Assembly: GCA_964469455.1 (NCBI GenBank)
Contig: CAYXZX010000002.1
Coordinates: 4,377 to 68,376 of the forward strand
Direction: 5' to 3'
Source of the DNA: an uncultured Rhodocyclaceae bacterium
GTDB lineage: Bacteria; Pseudomonadota; Gammaproteobacteria; Burkholderiales; Rhodocyclaceae
Length of the DNA: 64,000 nucleotides
Numbering within the stretch: position 1 is the first letter of the stretch; the number at the start of each line of letters is the position of its first letter. The translations under genes were made by a program, and so were the position numbers. The notes below the pieces were generated by a model. It did no database searches and had not been told where the DNA came from. It saw only the letters and a program-made list of their open reading frames with translations. Shown here one piece after another: positions 28,878 through 38,090 of the stretch.

Positions 28878-28991
28878 CGGGGCATCGCCGATAGTCCGTT
28901 TGGGGGTTGACTGCTCAGGTTCCCAATGTGACCATGGGCCGAGGCGTATGCACTGATGCAGCGGGACCAAGCGTAAAGAGGAATCCTCCCA

Positions 28992-29867
28992 ATGAAGCCG
29001 GCAAATTTTGACTACCATGCGCCCCAGACGCTTACCGAGGCGGTCGAACTGATGGCCCGCCTCGACGAGGAAGGGGTGGACGCCAAGATTATCGCCGGCG
29101 GCCAGAGCCTGATGCCGATGCTGGCGATGCGCGTCGCGCGTCCCGAAGTCCTGGTGGATCTCGCCAGGATCAAGTCGCTCGACTACGTGCGCGACGAGGG
29201 CGGCGCGATCGCCATCGGCGCGATGACCAGCAAGCGCGCGGCCGAGGAATCGGTGCTGATCGAACAGCGGCAGCCGCTTTTCCATGCCGCCACGAAGCTG
29301 GTGGGTCATCGGCAGATCCGCAACCGCGGCTCCGTTGGCGGTTCCTTCGCCCATGCCGATCCCGCCTCAGAATATCCTGCCGTGGCGCTCGTCCTTGACA
29401 TGGAATTCAAGGCGGTGGGTCCGGAGGGCGAGCGCACGATCCCGGCCGCCGATTTCTTCGTGACTTACATGACCACCAGCCTGGAATGCACCGAGGTATT
29501 GACCGAAGTCCGGCTGCCGGCATTGCCCGTCGGGATGGGTTGGTCGATCCAGGAGTTCGCGCGCCGCAACGGTGATCTGGCGCTGGCCGGCGTTGCCGTG
29601 ACGCTGAAGGTCACCGGTGGCGTGTGTGCCGAGGCTCGCCTCGCAGCGTTTGGCGTCAATGCCACGGCAGTGCGTTTGACGGCTGCGGAAGATTTTCTCG
29701 CGGGCAAGCGTTCAGGACGCTCCGTTTTCCAACAGGCGGCAGCGCTGGCTGCCGAGGGCATCGACGAACCGATGTCCTGCGTCCACGCCTCGGCGGATTA
29801 TCGGCGCCACTTGGTCCGGGTGCTGGCCGAGCGTTGCCTGAACGAGGCCGCTGGACGTGCGGCGTAG
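28992..29867 (+). CDS. xanthine dehydrogenase/CO dehydrogenase family FAD-binding medium subunit (CoxM-like)
   Basis: FDYHAPQTLTEAVELM, IIAGGQSLMPMLAMR and IRNRGSVGGSFAHADP motifs of the FAD-binding (PCMH-type) subunit. Confidence 0.92.
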   Translation: MKPANFDYHAPQTLTEAVELMARLDEEGVDAKIIAGGQSLMPMLAMRVARPEVLVDLARIKSLDYVRDEGGAIAIGAMTSKRAAEESVLIEQRQPLFHAATKLVGHRQIRNRGSVGGSFAHADPASEYPAVALVLDMEFKAVGPEGERTIPAADFFVTYMTTSLECTEVLTEVRLPALPVGMGWSIQEFARRNGDLALAGVAVTLKVTGGVCAEARLAAFGVNATAVRLTAAEDFLAGKRSGRSVFQQAAALAAEGIDEPMSCVHASADYRRHLVRVLAERCLNEAAGRAA

Positions 29868-29897
29868 GAAACTCGGGCCGACGTTGAATCTGGAGAA

Positions 29898-30401
29898 TTG
29901 ATTGCGATGATCACCAAGCAGCGCATTTGCGTCACGGTCAATGGCGTCTGCCATGAACGAGAAGTGGAGCCCCGTCTGACCCTGGCCGATTTTCTTCGGC
30001 ATGAACTGGCGCTCGGTGGCACGCACGTCGGCTGCGAGCATGGCGTCTGCGGCGTTTGCACGGTTCTGATCGACGGGCGTTCGGCCCGTTCCTGCCTGAC
30101 GCTGGCCGTGCAGGTCGATGGCGCCCAGGTCACCACGGTGGAGGGCTTGCGCAACCGCGAGACCGGTCACCTGCATCCCATTCAGCAGGCTTTTGTCGAA
30201 GCGCACGGCCTGCAATGCGGTTTCTGCACGCCGGGGTTCATGATGACGACCCTCGAGTTGCTCACGGAAAACACCGAGCCCAGCGACGACGAGATCAAGG
30301 AGGCGTTGGGTGGCAACCTGTGTCGCTGTACCGGCTACGAAAGCATCATCGCTTCGGTGCGGCTGGCGGCCAAGCGACTGCGCGAGCAAAAAAGCGCCTG
30401 A
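29898..30401 (+). CDS. (2Fe-2S)-binding small subunit of a molybdenum hydroxylase (CoxS-like); alternative ATG at 29907
   Basis: Two cluster motifs: [12 protein letters not shown]...SC and [11 protein letters not shown]...LCRCTGY. Confidence 0.93.
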   Translation: MIAMITKQRICVTVNGVCHEREVEPRLTLADFLRHELALGGTHVGCEHGVCGVCTVLIDGRSARSCLTLAVQVDGAQVTTVEGLRNRETGHLHPIQQAFVEAHGLQCGFCTPGFMMTTLELLTENTEPSDDEIKEALGGNLCRCTGYESIIASVRLAAKRLREQKSA

Positions 30402-30449
30402 GGCGCGATTCCAGCCCCATCCCAGCTCCCCCAGGCATAGGCGGACCCC

Positions 30450-32864
30450 ATGGCAATCAAGATTCCCACCCTTCCCGAGCATCTGCCGACAACCGCGCCC
30501 CGCTTCGTGGGCAAGGAAGTCAAGCGCATCGAGGATCCCGGCCTGGTGTCGGGGACGGCCGGATTCATCGACAACCTCTCCCTGCCCGGCATGCTTCACT
30601 GCGCAATCCTGCGCAGCCCCCATCCGCATGCTCGGGTGATCGGCGTGGACACGCGCGCCGCCGAGGCGCTTCCGGGCGTGATTGCCGTCCTGACCGGCGA
30701 GGATGCCCGGCGTTGGTCTAACCCGGCGTACACCGCGCCGGAGGGCTGGGGCGCCTACTGCATCGCGGTCGATAAGGTCCGTTTCGTCGGCGAGCCGGTT
30801 GCCGCCGTCGCGGCGGTGAGCCGTTACGTGGCCGAGGATGCACTCGAGCTGATCGAGGTTGAATACGACGTACTCAAACCGGTGCCGACGCCGGCCGTGG
30901 CGATGGCGCCCGACGCGCCGGTGCTTTTCGAGGAACGCGGCAGCAACGTGATCCAGAGCCGGCTGTACAACTGGGGCGAAGTGGACCGTGTATTCGCCAA
31001 GGCCGACCACGTCGTCCGGAACACCTTTCGCTGGAATCGGGTCGGCGCCAATCCGACCGAGACTTTCGGCTGCATCTGCCAATGGGATCTGAGCGACAAC
31101 AGCCTGACCTGCCACGGCTCCTACCAGACGCCGCGCTTCTGGGCCATGGCCCGCGCCCTGGCGCTCAACCTGCCGACCAACAAGGTGAAGGTGATCCCGC
31201 ATCCCCAAGGCGGGGGGTTCGGCGGCAAGGGCGGGCCCCGCGGCACGGACATCGCAGCCCTGCTGTCGCGCAAGTCGGGCGGGCGGCCGGTGAAGTACAT
31301 CGAGGACCGCATGGAGTATCTCCTGGCGGGCTTTGGCCAGTCATGGGATCGTTATTACGATGCGGCCCTGGCCGTAAAGGCCGACGGCACGGTGATGGGC
31401 CTGAAAGTGAAGCTGATCGACGATCAAGGCGCCGGCACGGAAGGATGGGGAACGATTTCCGTGGCGAAGCCCTTGGCGGCGTTTACCAGTTCCTACCGTA
31501 TCGAGGCGGCGCAGTACGATACCGTGCTGGTCGCCACCAACCGGGCACCGACGGGACCATACCGGGGCTATGGGCCACCGCCGCATTTTCTGGTGCTCGA
31601 ATCGCTGATGGACATGGCGGCGCGCAAGCTCGACCTCGATCCGGCCGAACTGCGCCGGCGCAACTACATTCGTCCGGAACAGTTCCCCTACACGATACCG
31701 AGCGGCAATGAATACGACAGCGGCAATTACGAGGCCGTGCTCGACAAGGTGCTGGCGATGTCCGACTACCGCGGCCTGCGCGAAAGTCAGGCACGGGGAC
31801 GCGCCGAGGGACGCCTGATCGGGATCGGGGTCGTCAGCACAGTCGAGCCGGGCGTGTTTGACTGGAATGCCTACGCCACCGTCGGCGTGCAGGGCATTGG
31901 CGTGCCCGAGGGCGCCAAGGTGTCGTTCGACATGCTGGGCAACCTGACGGTCGTCGTCGGTTTCAATCTTCAGGGTCAGGGGCAGTTCACGGTGGCCGCG
32001 CAAGTGGCAGCGGATTACTGGGGACTGGACCTGGGTGCCGTCAAGGTTACGTCGGCTCCCACGGACATTGCGCCACCGAGCTTCGGCCAGGGCGGCAGTC
32101 GCCTGGGGGTGGCGGTGACAGGGGCGGTTCTCGGTGCCTGCGAGAAGTTGAAGGCCATTTTCGGCCAGGTGGTGGCCCACCTGATGCAGACCACCCCGGA
32201 TCAGGTCGAACTGATGGACGGACGATTGCGGTTGAAGGCGAATCCGCAGGTCGGCATGACCTTGGCCGAGGTCGCCGGCACCATGCTCGGCCGGAGCGAC
32301 CTGCTGCCGCCCGGCATGGAACCCAGCCCGGAGGCGACGTTCGTGTGGACGGCCGAAGGGCGCACCATGCCCGATGATCAAGGCCGATGCCGGTCCTACC
32401 TGACGGCGGCCAATGCCACCCATGTGGTGATGGTCGAAGTCGACCGGGACACCGGCCGCACCGAGATCCTCAAGTATTTCATCGTGGACGACTGCGGCAC
32501 CCGCCTTAACCTCGCCAACGTCGAAGGGCAGTTGCAGGGGGCGCTTGCCCAGGGCGTGGGTGCCGCCCTGTACGAGGAATACGTCTACAACGAAGAAGCG
32601 CAACCGTTGGTGACGACCTTCGTCGATTACCTGATTCCGACGATCCACGAAGTGCCGATGGCGGCCAAGGATTTCGTGGTTACGCCATCGCCGGTGGCAC
32701 CGTTGGGCGCCAAGGGTTGCGGCGAAGGGGCCATTCATACCACGCCAGCTGCCATACTCTGCGCCATCAATGATGCACTGGCGCCGCTGGGGCTGGAAAT
32801 CACGGAGACTCCCGCTTCTCCCCATCGCGTCTGGAAGACGCTGCAACAGGCCGCCACGCGCTAG
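30450..32864 (+). CDS. molybdopterin-binding large subunit of a xanthine-oxidase-family hydroxylase (804 aa)
   Basis: N-terminal a/b-hammerhead pattern (GKEVKRIEDPGLVSGTAGFIDNL...HARV) and a C-terminal GAKGCGEGAIHT motif carrying the conserved Glu. I did not find the CODH active-site loop VAYRCSFR. Confidence 0.92.
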   Translation: MAIKIPTLPEHLPTTAPRFVGKEVKRIEDPGLVSGTAGFIDNLSLPGMLHCAILRSPHPHARVIGVDTRAAEALPGVIAVLTGEDARRWSNPAYTAPEGWGAYCIAVDKVRFVGEPVAAVAAVSRYVAEDALELIEVEYDVLKPVPTPAVAMAPDAPVLFEERGSNVIQSRLYNWGEVDRVFAKADHVVRNTFRWNRVGANPTETFGCICQWDLSDNSLTCHGSYQTPRFWAMARALALNLPTNKVKVIPHPQGGGFGGKGGPRGTDIAALLSRKSGGRPVKYIEDRMEYLLAGFGQSWDRYYDAALAVKADGTVMGLKVKLIDDQGAGTEGWGTISVAKPLAAFTSSYRIEAAQYDTVLVATNRAPTGPYRGYGPPPHFLVLESLMDMAARKLDLDPAELRRRNYIRPEQFPYTIPSGNEYDSGNYEAVLDKVLAMSDYRGLRESQARGRAEGRLIGIGVVSTVEPGVFDWNAYATVGVQGIGVPEGAKVSFDMLGNLTVVVGFNLQGQGQFTVAAQVAADYWGLDLGAVKVTSAPTDIAPPSFGQGGSRLGVAVTGAVLGACEKLKAIFGQVVAHLMQTTPDQVELMDGRLRLKANPQVGMTLAEVAGTMLGRSDLLPPGMEPSPEATFVWTAEGRTMPDDQGRCRSYLTAANATHVVMVEVDRDTGRTEILKYFIVDDCGTRLNLANVEGQLQGALAQGVGAALYEEYVYNEEAQPLVTTFVDYLIPTIHEVPMAAKDFVVTPSPVAPLGAKGCGEGAIHTTPAAILCAINDALAPLGLEITETPASPHRVWKTLQQAATR

Positions 32865-32876
32865 GAGCGAGCGTCC

Positions 32877-33941
32877 ATGCGCGTGGAAACCGCCCTGCTC
32901 GGGCCCGATACCGACCAATATGCCGGCACGGGACAGAGTCGGCCCACGCTGGCGAGCATTGCCGCCAGTGCCAGAGAGGCGGAAGAACTCGGTTTCGATG
33001 GTCTGACAAGTGCCGAAGCCGGGCATGACCCGTTCATCCCGCTGGCGGTTGCCGCCGAACACACACGGACCATCACGCTCGGCACCAACGTTGCCATTGC
33101 CTTTCCGCGCAGCCCCATGGCCACGGCGCAGGCGGCCTGGGACTTGCAGAACCTGTCCGGTGGGCGTTTCACGCTTGGCCTTGGCACGCAGGTGAAGGGT
33201 CACAACGAGCGGCGCTACAGCACGCCCTGGCCCAGTCCGCCCGGTCCGCGCATGCGCGAATATTTCCAGTGCCTGCGCGCCATTTTCAGCAGCTTTCAGA
33301 ATCCCGCCAAGCCGAGCTACTTTGAGGGCCAGCACTATCGCTTCACCATGCTGCCGCCTTTCTTCAACCCCGGGCCGATCGAGCATCCCCAGGTGCCGAT
33401 CTATGCCGCTGCCGCCAACCCGTTCATGGCTCGGCTCGCAGGCGAGATGTGCGCAGGCCTGCGCCTGCATCCGATCTCGACTTTCCGCTACACGCGCGAA
33501 GTCATCCTGCCCGCTGTTGCCGCTGGCGCCGAACGCGGCGGCCGAACATCGGCATCGTTCGATCTCATCGGCGCGCCCTTCATGGCCCTGGGCAGGGATG
33601 AGGCGCAGCTGGACGCGGCAAAAAACGCGTTGCGCAAGCAGATCGCCTTTTACGCATCGACGCGCTCCTACCATGGGGTGCTTGCCCATCACGGCTGGGG
33701 AGACATCGGGCTCGAACTGCATCGGCTTTCGGTGGCGGGACAATGGGCCGGAATGCCGGCGCTGATTACGGACGACATGCTCGAGGAATGGGCCGTCATC
33801 GCCACGTACGATCGTCTGGCGGAAACCATTCGGGCCCGATGTGCCGGCTTGTTCTCCACCGTGGTGCTGGTCTTGCTGGGCGAGGCCAGGCGCGACACCG
33901 ATCTGCTGCGCGAAACGGTTGGGCGCTTGCATCGGGATTGA
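32877..33941 (+). CDS. LLM family F420-type oxidoreductase, paralog of the CDS at 3351-4385
   Basis: AFPRSPMATAQAAWDLQNLSGGRFTLGLGTQVK and HYRFTMLPPFFNPGPIEHP are collinear with the CDS at 3351-4385. Confidence 0.8.
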   Translation: MRVETALLGPDTDQYAGTGQSRPTLASIAASAREAEELGFDGLTSAEAGHDPFIPLAVAAEHTRTITLGTNVAIAFPRSPMATAQAAWDLQNLSGGRFTLGLGTQVKGHNERRYSTPWPSPPGPRMREYFQCLRAIFSSFQNPAKPSYFEGQHYRFTMLPPFFNPGPIEHPQVPIYAAAANPFMARLAGEMCAGLRLHPISTFRYTREVILPAVAAGAERGGRTSASFDLIGAPFMALGRDEAQLDAAKNALRKQIAFYASTRSYHGVLAHHGWGDIGLELHRLSVAGQWAGMPALITDDMLEEWAVIATYDRLAETIRARCAGLFSTVVLVLLGEARRDTDLLRETVGRLHRD

Positions 33942-33958
33942 ACCCACTTTCACGGACC

Positions 33959-35239
33959 ATGCTTTCCATGAATACACATGATTTCTCAGGCGGCCCCCTT
34001 GCCGGATTGCGGGTACTGGACTTGTCGACCATGCTGGCCGGCCCTTATGGCGCCACTCTGCTGGGCGATCTTGGCGCCGACGTGATCAAGGTCGAATCCC
34101 ACTATGGAGACGAGAGTCGCCATCTGGGACCGAAGCGGGGCAGCGAGCGTGGTCCCTACCTGAGTCTCAACCGAAGCAAGCGTGATATCGTCCTCGACCT
34201 GCAGAATTCAGAAAGCCGGGAGATATTCTCGCGCCTGCTGCGCACAACCGATATTCTCGTCACCAATATCCGAGAACCGGCATTGAGCAAGCTCGGCATC
34301 GACTACGACCAGGTCAAGGCGAGCAAGCCCGACATCATCTGGATCCGCGTTACGGCCTTCGGGCCGGATGGTCCCTATGCCGGGCGTCCCGGCATCGACT
34401 TTCTGGCACAAGGCTACACGGGCGTGCTCACACTCAATGGCGAGCCTTCGGGTGGGCCCGTGCGCACCGGTTTCCCCGCCGTCGACGTGATGACTTCACT
34501 GCTGGTCAGCAATTCGGCGCTGGCCGCGCTGCGGGTACGGGACAAGACCGGCGAAGGGCAGCGAATCGAGGTTTCGCTTCTGGATTCCCTGATGCATGCC
34601 CAAGCCAGTTCGATCGGAACCTATCTGGCAACCGGCGAGCGGCCGGTCAGGACCGGCAACCGCAGTCTCTATTTCGCGCCCTCCGGCGTTTACCCGACGA
34701 AGGATGGCAAGCATGTCGTCATTACCACGCCGGGCGAGAAATTCTTCGCCAAGGTTTGCCGTGGCCTGGGTACGGACTGGGACACCGATCCGCGCTTCCA
34801 CGATATCAATGCCCGCCTGGCCAATCAGGACGAACTCGATCGGGTCATGAGCGAACGGACCAGCCAGTTCACCCGCGAGGAACTCGTGGAGCGCCTGATC
34901 GCCGATGACGTGCTGACGGCGCCGATCAACGAGGTCGAAGATGTCATCCAGGACCCGCAGATACGGCACAACAAGATGATCGTTTCGACCGAGCATCCGG
35001 TACTCGGGCGGATCGAGGTGACGGGAATTCCGATCCGCTTCTACGGCACGCCCTGCGCCATCACCAAGCATCCGCCGATGCAGGGAGAGCATACTCGCGA
35101 CGTCCTCGCAGAGCTGGGCTATGCGTCGGAAGAGGTGGACAACCTGATTGCCAAGGGACTGGTGGCCGATCCAACGGAAATGCAACGCCTGCGCGACCAG
35201 CGCAGGGCCAGGCAGGGCACTCGCCGCACCGACGGCTGA
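33959..35239 (+). CDS. family III CoA-transferase (CaiB/BaiF family); alternative ATG at 33968
   Basis: LRVLDLSTMLAGPYGATLLGDLGADVIKVESHYGDE signature. The ORF-track N-terminal extension from 33743 overlaps the upstream LLM gene. Confidence 0.9.
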   Translation: MLSMNTHDFSGGPLAGLRVLDLSTMLAGPYGATLLGDLGADVIKVESHYGDESRHLGPKRGSERGPYLSLNRSKRDIVLDLQNSESREIFSRLLRTTDILVTNIREPALSKLGIDYDQVKASKPDIIWIRVTAFGPDGPYAGRPGIDFLAQGYTGVLTLNGEPSGGPVRTGFPAVDVMTSLLVSNSALAALRVRDKTGEGQRIEVSLLDSLMHAQASSIGTYLATGERPVRTGNRSLYFAPSGVYPTKDGKHVVITTPGEKFFAKVCRGLGTDWDTDPRFHDINARLANQDELDRVMSERTSQFTREELVERLIADDVLTAPINEVEDVIQDPQIRHNKMIVSTEHPVLGRIEVTGIPIRFYGTPCAITKHPPMQGEHTRDVLAELGYASEEVDNLIAKGLVADPTEMQRLRDQRRARQGTRRTDG

Positions 35240-35260
35240 CATCGTCTCGCGTCGGGACCG

Positions 35261-36559
35261 ATGGCGACACCGTCCTCGAATTCCACCGAGCCTGTTCCAG
35301 GAACGCGAGCGGCCGGGCCTTACGCCTGGTACGTCCTGGCGCTGCTGTCGCTGACCTATGTGCTGAATTTCATCGACCGGCAGATCCTGGCGATGCTGAT
35401 CGAGCCGATCAAGAAGGAGTTTGGTGTCTCCGATACCGCGATGGGATTCCTGTCCGGCTTTGCCTTCGTCTTCTTTTACACCATCGCGGGTATTCCCGTT
35501 GCCCGCTGGGCCGATCGTGGCTCCCGCAAGACGATCATCACGGCGGCGCTGGTCATCTGGAGCACGATGACGGCGGTTTGCGGATTTACTCGCAGTTTCG
35601 CCCAATTGGCTGTGGCCCGGGTCATGGTTGGCGTCGGCGAAGCAGGCGGCAGTCCGCCGGCCCATTCACTGATTTCAGACTACTTCCCACCGCGACAGCG
35701 TGCCACGGCGCTGGCGATCTATGCTTGGGGTGTCTACATTGGTGCCGCGCTGGCTTTCCTCGCCGGCGGTTATCTGATCCAGCGTTATGACTGGCGCAGC
35801 GCGTTCGTGATCGTCGGACTACCCGGGATTGCGCTGGCGACTTTGTTCGCACTGACGGTTCGGGAACCACCGAGAGGCTGGTCGGAGGGGCGAAGTGCCG
35901 CGCCGGCACCACCGCTCGTCGAGACGTTGCGGCATCTTGCCAATAGTCGTGCCTTTGTCCTCATCACGCTGGGTTCGTCGATACAGTCGCTGTCGGGCTA
36001 TGGCGTGCTCACTTGGGGGCCGACGTTCCTGTCGCGCGTCCATGCAATGAGTTGGAGCGACATCGGCATTGCGCTCGGCAGCATTATCGGCGTTGCCGGA
36101 TGCCTCGGAGCGTTCGTCGGCGGCCGCCTCGCGGACCGCTTTGGTGTCCGTGATGCGCGGTGGTACATGCGCCTCCCCGCCATCCAGTCCCTGCTGTGCG
36201 TCCCATTCGTTTCGGGATTCGTGCTGATGCCGACCCCGGAGGGCTCCCTGCTGAGCTTCATTCCGTTTTATGCCCTTGGCGCCATGTATCTGGGCCCGAT
36301 GTTCGCGGTGATCCAGGGCTTGGTACCTTTACGCATGCGTACCCTCGCTTCCGCGATCCTGCTGTTTGTCGTCAACATGGTGGGGCTGGGCCTGGGGCCT
36401 CTAGCCATTGGTGTTCTCAACGACCATGTTTTTCCCGCGCACGGGGCCGAGGCGATTCGATATTCGATGCTGGTGATGGGTGTTGCCGGGGGAGGGGCCG
36501 CTCTGCTGTTTTGGCTGTCGTCCAGAACGCTGGAGTCAGAATTGCGGCGAGCGGACTGA
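35261..36559 (+). CDS. MFS transporter (432 aa)
   Basis: Multi-TM hydrophobic profile. MFS motif-A-like ARWADRGSRK between TM2 and TM3. A second half repeats the pattern (GGRLADRFGVRD). Confidence 0.88.
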   Translation: MATPSSNSTEPVPGTRAAGPYAWYVLALLSLTYVLNFIDRQILAMLIEPIKKEFGVSDTAMGFLSGFAFVFFYTIAGIPVARWADRGSRKTIITAALVIWSTMTAVCGFTRSFAQLAVARVMVGVGEAGGSPPAHSLISDYFPPRQRATALAIYAWGVYIGAALAFLAGGYLIQRYDWRSAFVIVGLPGIALATLFALTVREPPRGWSEGRSAAPAPPLVETLRHLANSRAFVLITLGSSIQSLSGYGVLTWGPTFLSRVHAMSWSDIGIALGSIIGVAGCLGAFVGGRLADRFGVRDARWYMRLPAIQSLLCVPFVSGFVLMPTPEGSLLSFIPFYALGAMYLGPMFAVIQGLVPLRMRTLASAILLFVVNMVGLGLGPLAIGVLNDHVFPAHGAEAIRYSMLVMGVAGGGAALLFWLSSRTLESELRRAD

Positions 36560-36578
36560 TCTGCGCGCTGCTCAGATG

Positions 36579-37091
36579 TCAGGCAACCTGTTTCCGCTTC
36601 TGCCAGGCCGTTCCAGCCCAAACCAGCGCACCAAAAAAGATGATGCCGAGCACAAGCGCGAGGGCGGCGTCACCGAAGTCCACGTCGGCCTGGATCGCCG
36701 GTATCGTCGTGGCTGTCAGAAACAGCATGGTGACCATGTTGACAGCCGTTGTCGCCCAGCCCATCACCTGGAAGTAGACCAGCACCAGCACGGCGCCGAG
36801 GAAGACCAGACTCCCGGGTTCCCCAAGCCATAGCGGCAGCATCTTCAGCAGGAATCCCATCAAGAGTCCTAAGGCCGCACCGACCACACAGGGAAGCATC
36901 TTCTCGGAATTTGCATGCTCGATGCCCGCCCAGTAGAGCAGGAATAGAAACGCTGCCCAGACGTTCTGTATCCCGATTGCGTGATTGAGTGCCAGGAAGG
37001 CGCCAATCACGACGATGATGGCGAGCAGCACGAGCATACCCTTGCCCGGAGTCATCGGCTCGCCGGTTGTGGAAGGTTCATTCTGCATCAC
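36579..37091 (-). CDS. small integral membrane protein, unknown function (about 4-5 TM)
   Basis: 170 aa, strongly hydrophobic segments (MLVLLAIIVVIGAFLAL, AAFLFLLYWAG, LVFLGAVLVLVYF, LALVLGIIFFGALVWAG). The start overlaps the stop of the AraC gene by 14 nt. Confidence 0.65.
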   Translation of the reverse strand: MMQNEPSTTGEPMTPGKGMLVLLAIIVVIGAFLALNHAIGIQNVWAAFLFLLYWAGIEHANSEKMLPCVVGAALGLLMGFLLKMLPLWLGEPGSLVFLGAVLVLVYFQVMGWATTAVNMVTMLFLTATTIPAIQADVDFGDAALALVLGIIFFGALVWAGTAWQKRKQVA

Positions 37092-38070
37092 GTGACTCCC
37101 TTATATCCGAAAGCTTCTTCCCGGTCCACGACTTGAACGCGCGCCGGAAGTTGGAAACGCTGCTATAGCCCAATGAATAGCCGATTTCCTTGGGCGTCAG
37201 CGAGGTCTCCTGCAGATACTGGACAGCCAAGGTTTTCCGGATGTCATCGAGAATCTGCTGATAGGTGACGTTCTCGTTGACGAGGCGGCGACGCAGGGTT
37301 CGGGAGCCGAGGTTCAGGCGCCGGGCCATATCGTCCAGTGTCGGGAACTCGCCGGGATTGTTGAGGATGTGGTTGCGAATGCGGTCGCAAAGCAGGTTGG
37401 TGTGTCTGGAAACCAGCAATTGACACTGCTGGTCGCAAAGCTTGAACACTTCTTCATTCGCCAGGCTGATCGGATCCTTCAATCGGTTGATGTCGAACAC
37501 CACGATATTGCGGGGCTGGTTGAAATGCAACTCGCAATTGAATCGGCGCGCGTATGGCTCAATGTTCGCCGGGCGCGGATAGGTGACGTGGAGCTCGAGG
37601 ATCGGGAAAGGCCGGTTGGTCAGGGTCGAGGCAAGTTCAATCGTGCGGCTGACAAATTCTTCCACCGCGAAGCGTATCACCTCGCCCAGCATGAACGTAT
37701 CGCGAATCTCCGAGAACCATCGGCCGTCGCGGATGTAGTTGGTCGAAGCAAAGATATTCTCGTTGAGCGCACGGTACTTGTTAAAGAGCTCCCGTGATTG
37801 TTCGAGGGTGGCCGCGCTCAGGGCGGCGTAGCCGAGGATGCCGAGATTACTGATCTTGAACTCTGAGCCCAAGGCTATGCCGATGAAGGGGTCCTTGGTG
37901 AGGTCCATCATGTTGAGAATGACCTGGCGGTACTGCTCGGGGTGCACGCGCAGGTCATCGTCGTTGAGCTGCTCAAGCGATAGTTCCGTTCCGCGAAGCA
38001 CTTGGCGCGCCGGGATGGACCGGCTCGCCATGCGCTCTAGGTAGAAAGCAAGCTTGCTCGATTGCTTCAT
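37078..38070 (-). CDS. AraC family transcriptional regulator with an N-terminal effector-binding-like domain
   Basis: C-terminal double HTH (LDDMARRLNLGSRTLRRRL..., IGYSLGYSSVSNFRRAFKSWTG). Visibly lower GC than its neighbours. Confidence 0.9.
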   Translation of the reverse strand: MKQSSKLAFYLERMASRSIPARQVLRGTELSLEQLNDDDLRVHPEQYRQVILNMMDLTKDPFIGIALGSEFKISNLGILGYAALSAATLEQSRELFNKYRALNENIFASTNYIRDGRWFSEIRDTFMLGEVIRFAVEEFVSRTIELASTLTNRPFPILELHVTYPRPANIEPYARRFNCELHFNQPRNIVVFDINRLKDPISLANEEVFKLCDQQCQLLVSRHTNLLCDRIRNHILNNPGEFPTLDDMARRLNLGSRTLRRRLVNENVTYQQILDDIRKTLAVQYLQETSLTPKEIGYSLGYSSVSNFRRAFKSWTGKKLSDIRESRDAE

Positions 38071-38090
38071 CCAGGCTGTTTGGCTTCGGT

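Noticed and set aside
28992-32864. Calling the three-subunit Mo enzyme a carbon monoxide dehydrogenase (coxMSL).
   Set aside because: I could not find the form I (VAYRCSFR) or form II (AYRGAGR) active-site loops in the large subunit. There are no coxDEF-type accessory genes nearby. The genomic context is CoA-ester catabolism.
31341-33977. 878-aa ORF on the minus strand, plus similar long minus-strand ORFs at 29712-31208 and 23093-24727.
   Set aside because: They lie entirely antisense to well-supported genes (Mo hydroxylase large subunit, LLM, CoA-transferases). They are Arg/Gly/His-rich with low complexity and no recognisable domains. These are typical shadow ORFs of high-GC DNA.
37078-38070. 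Lower GC of the AraC gene as evidence of recent horizontal acquisition.
   Set aside because: This is only a visual impression that I could not quantify. AraC-family genes are often somewhat AT-richer. There are no flanking repeats, integrase or tRNA.
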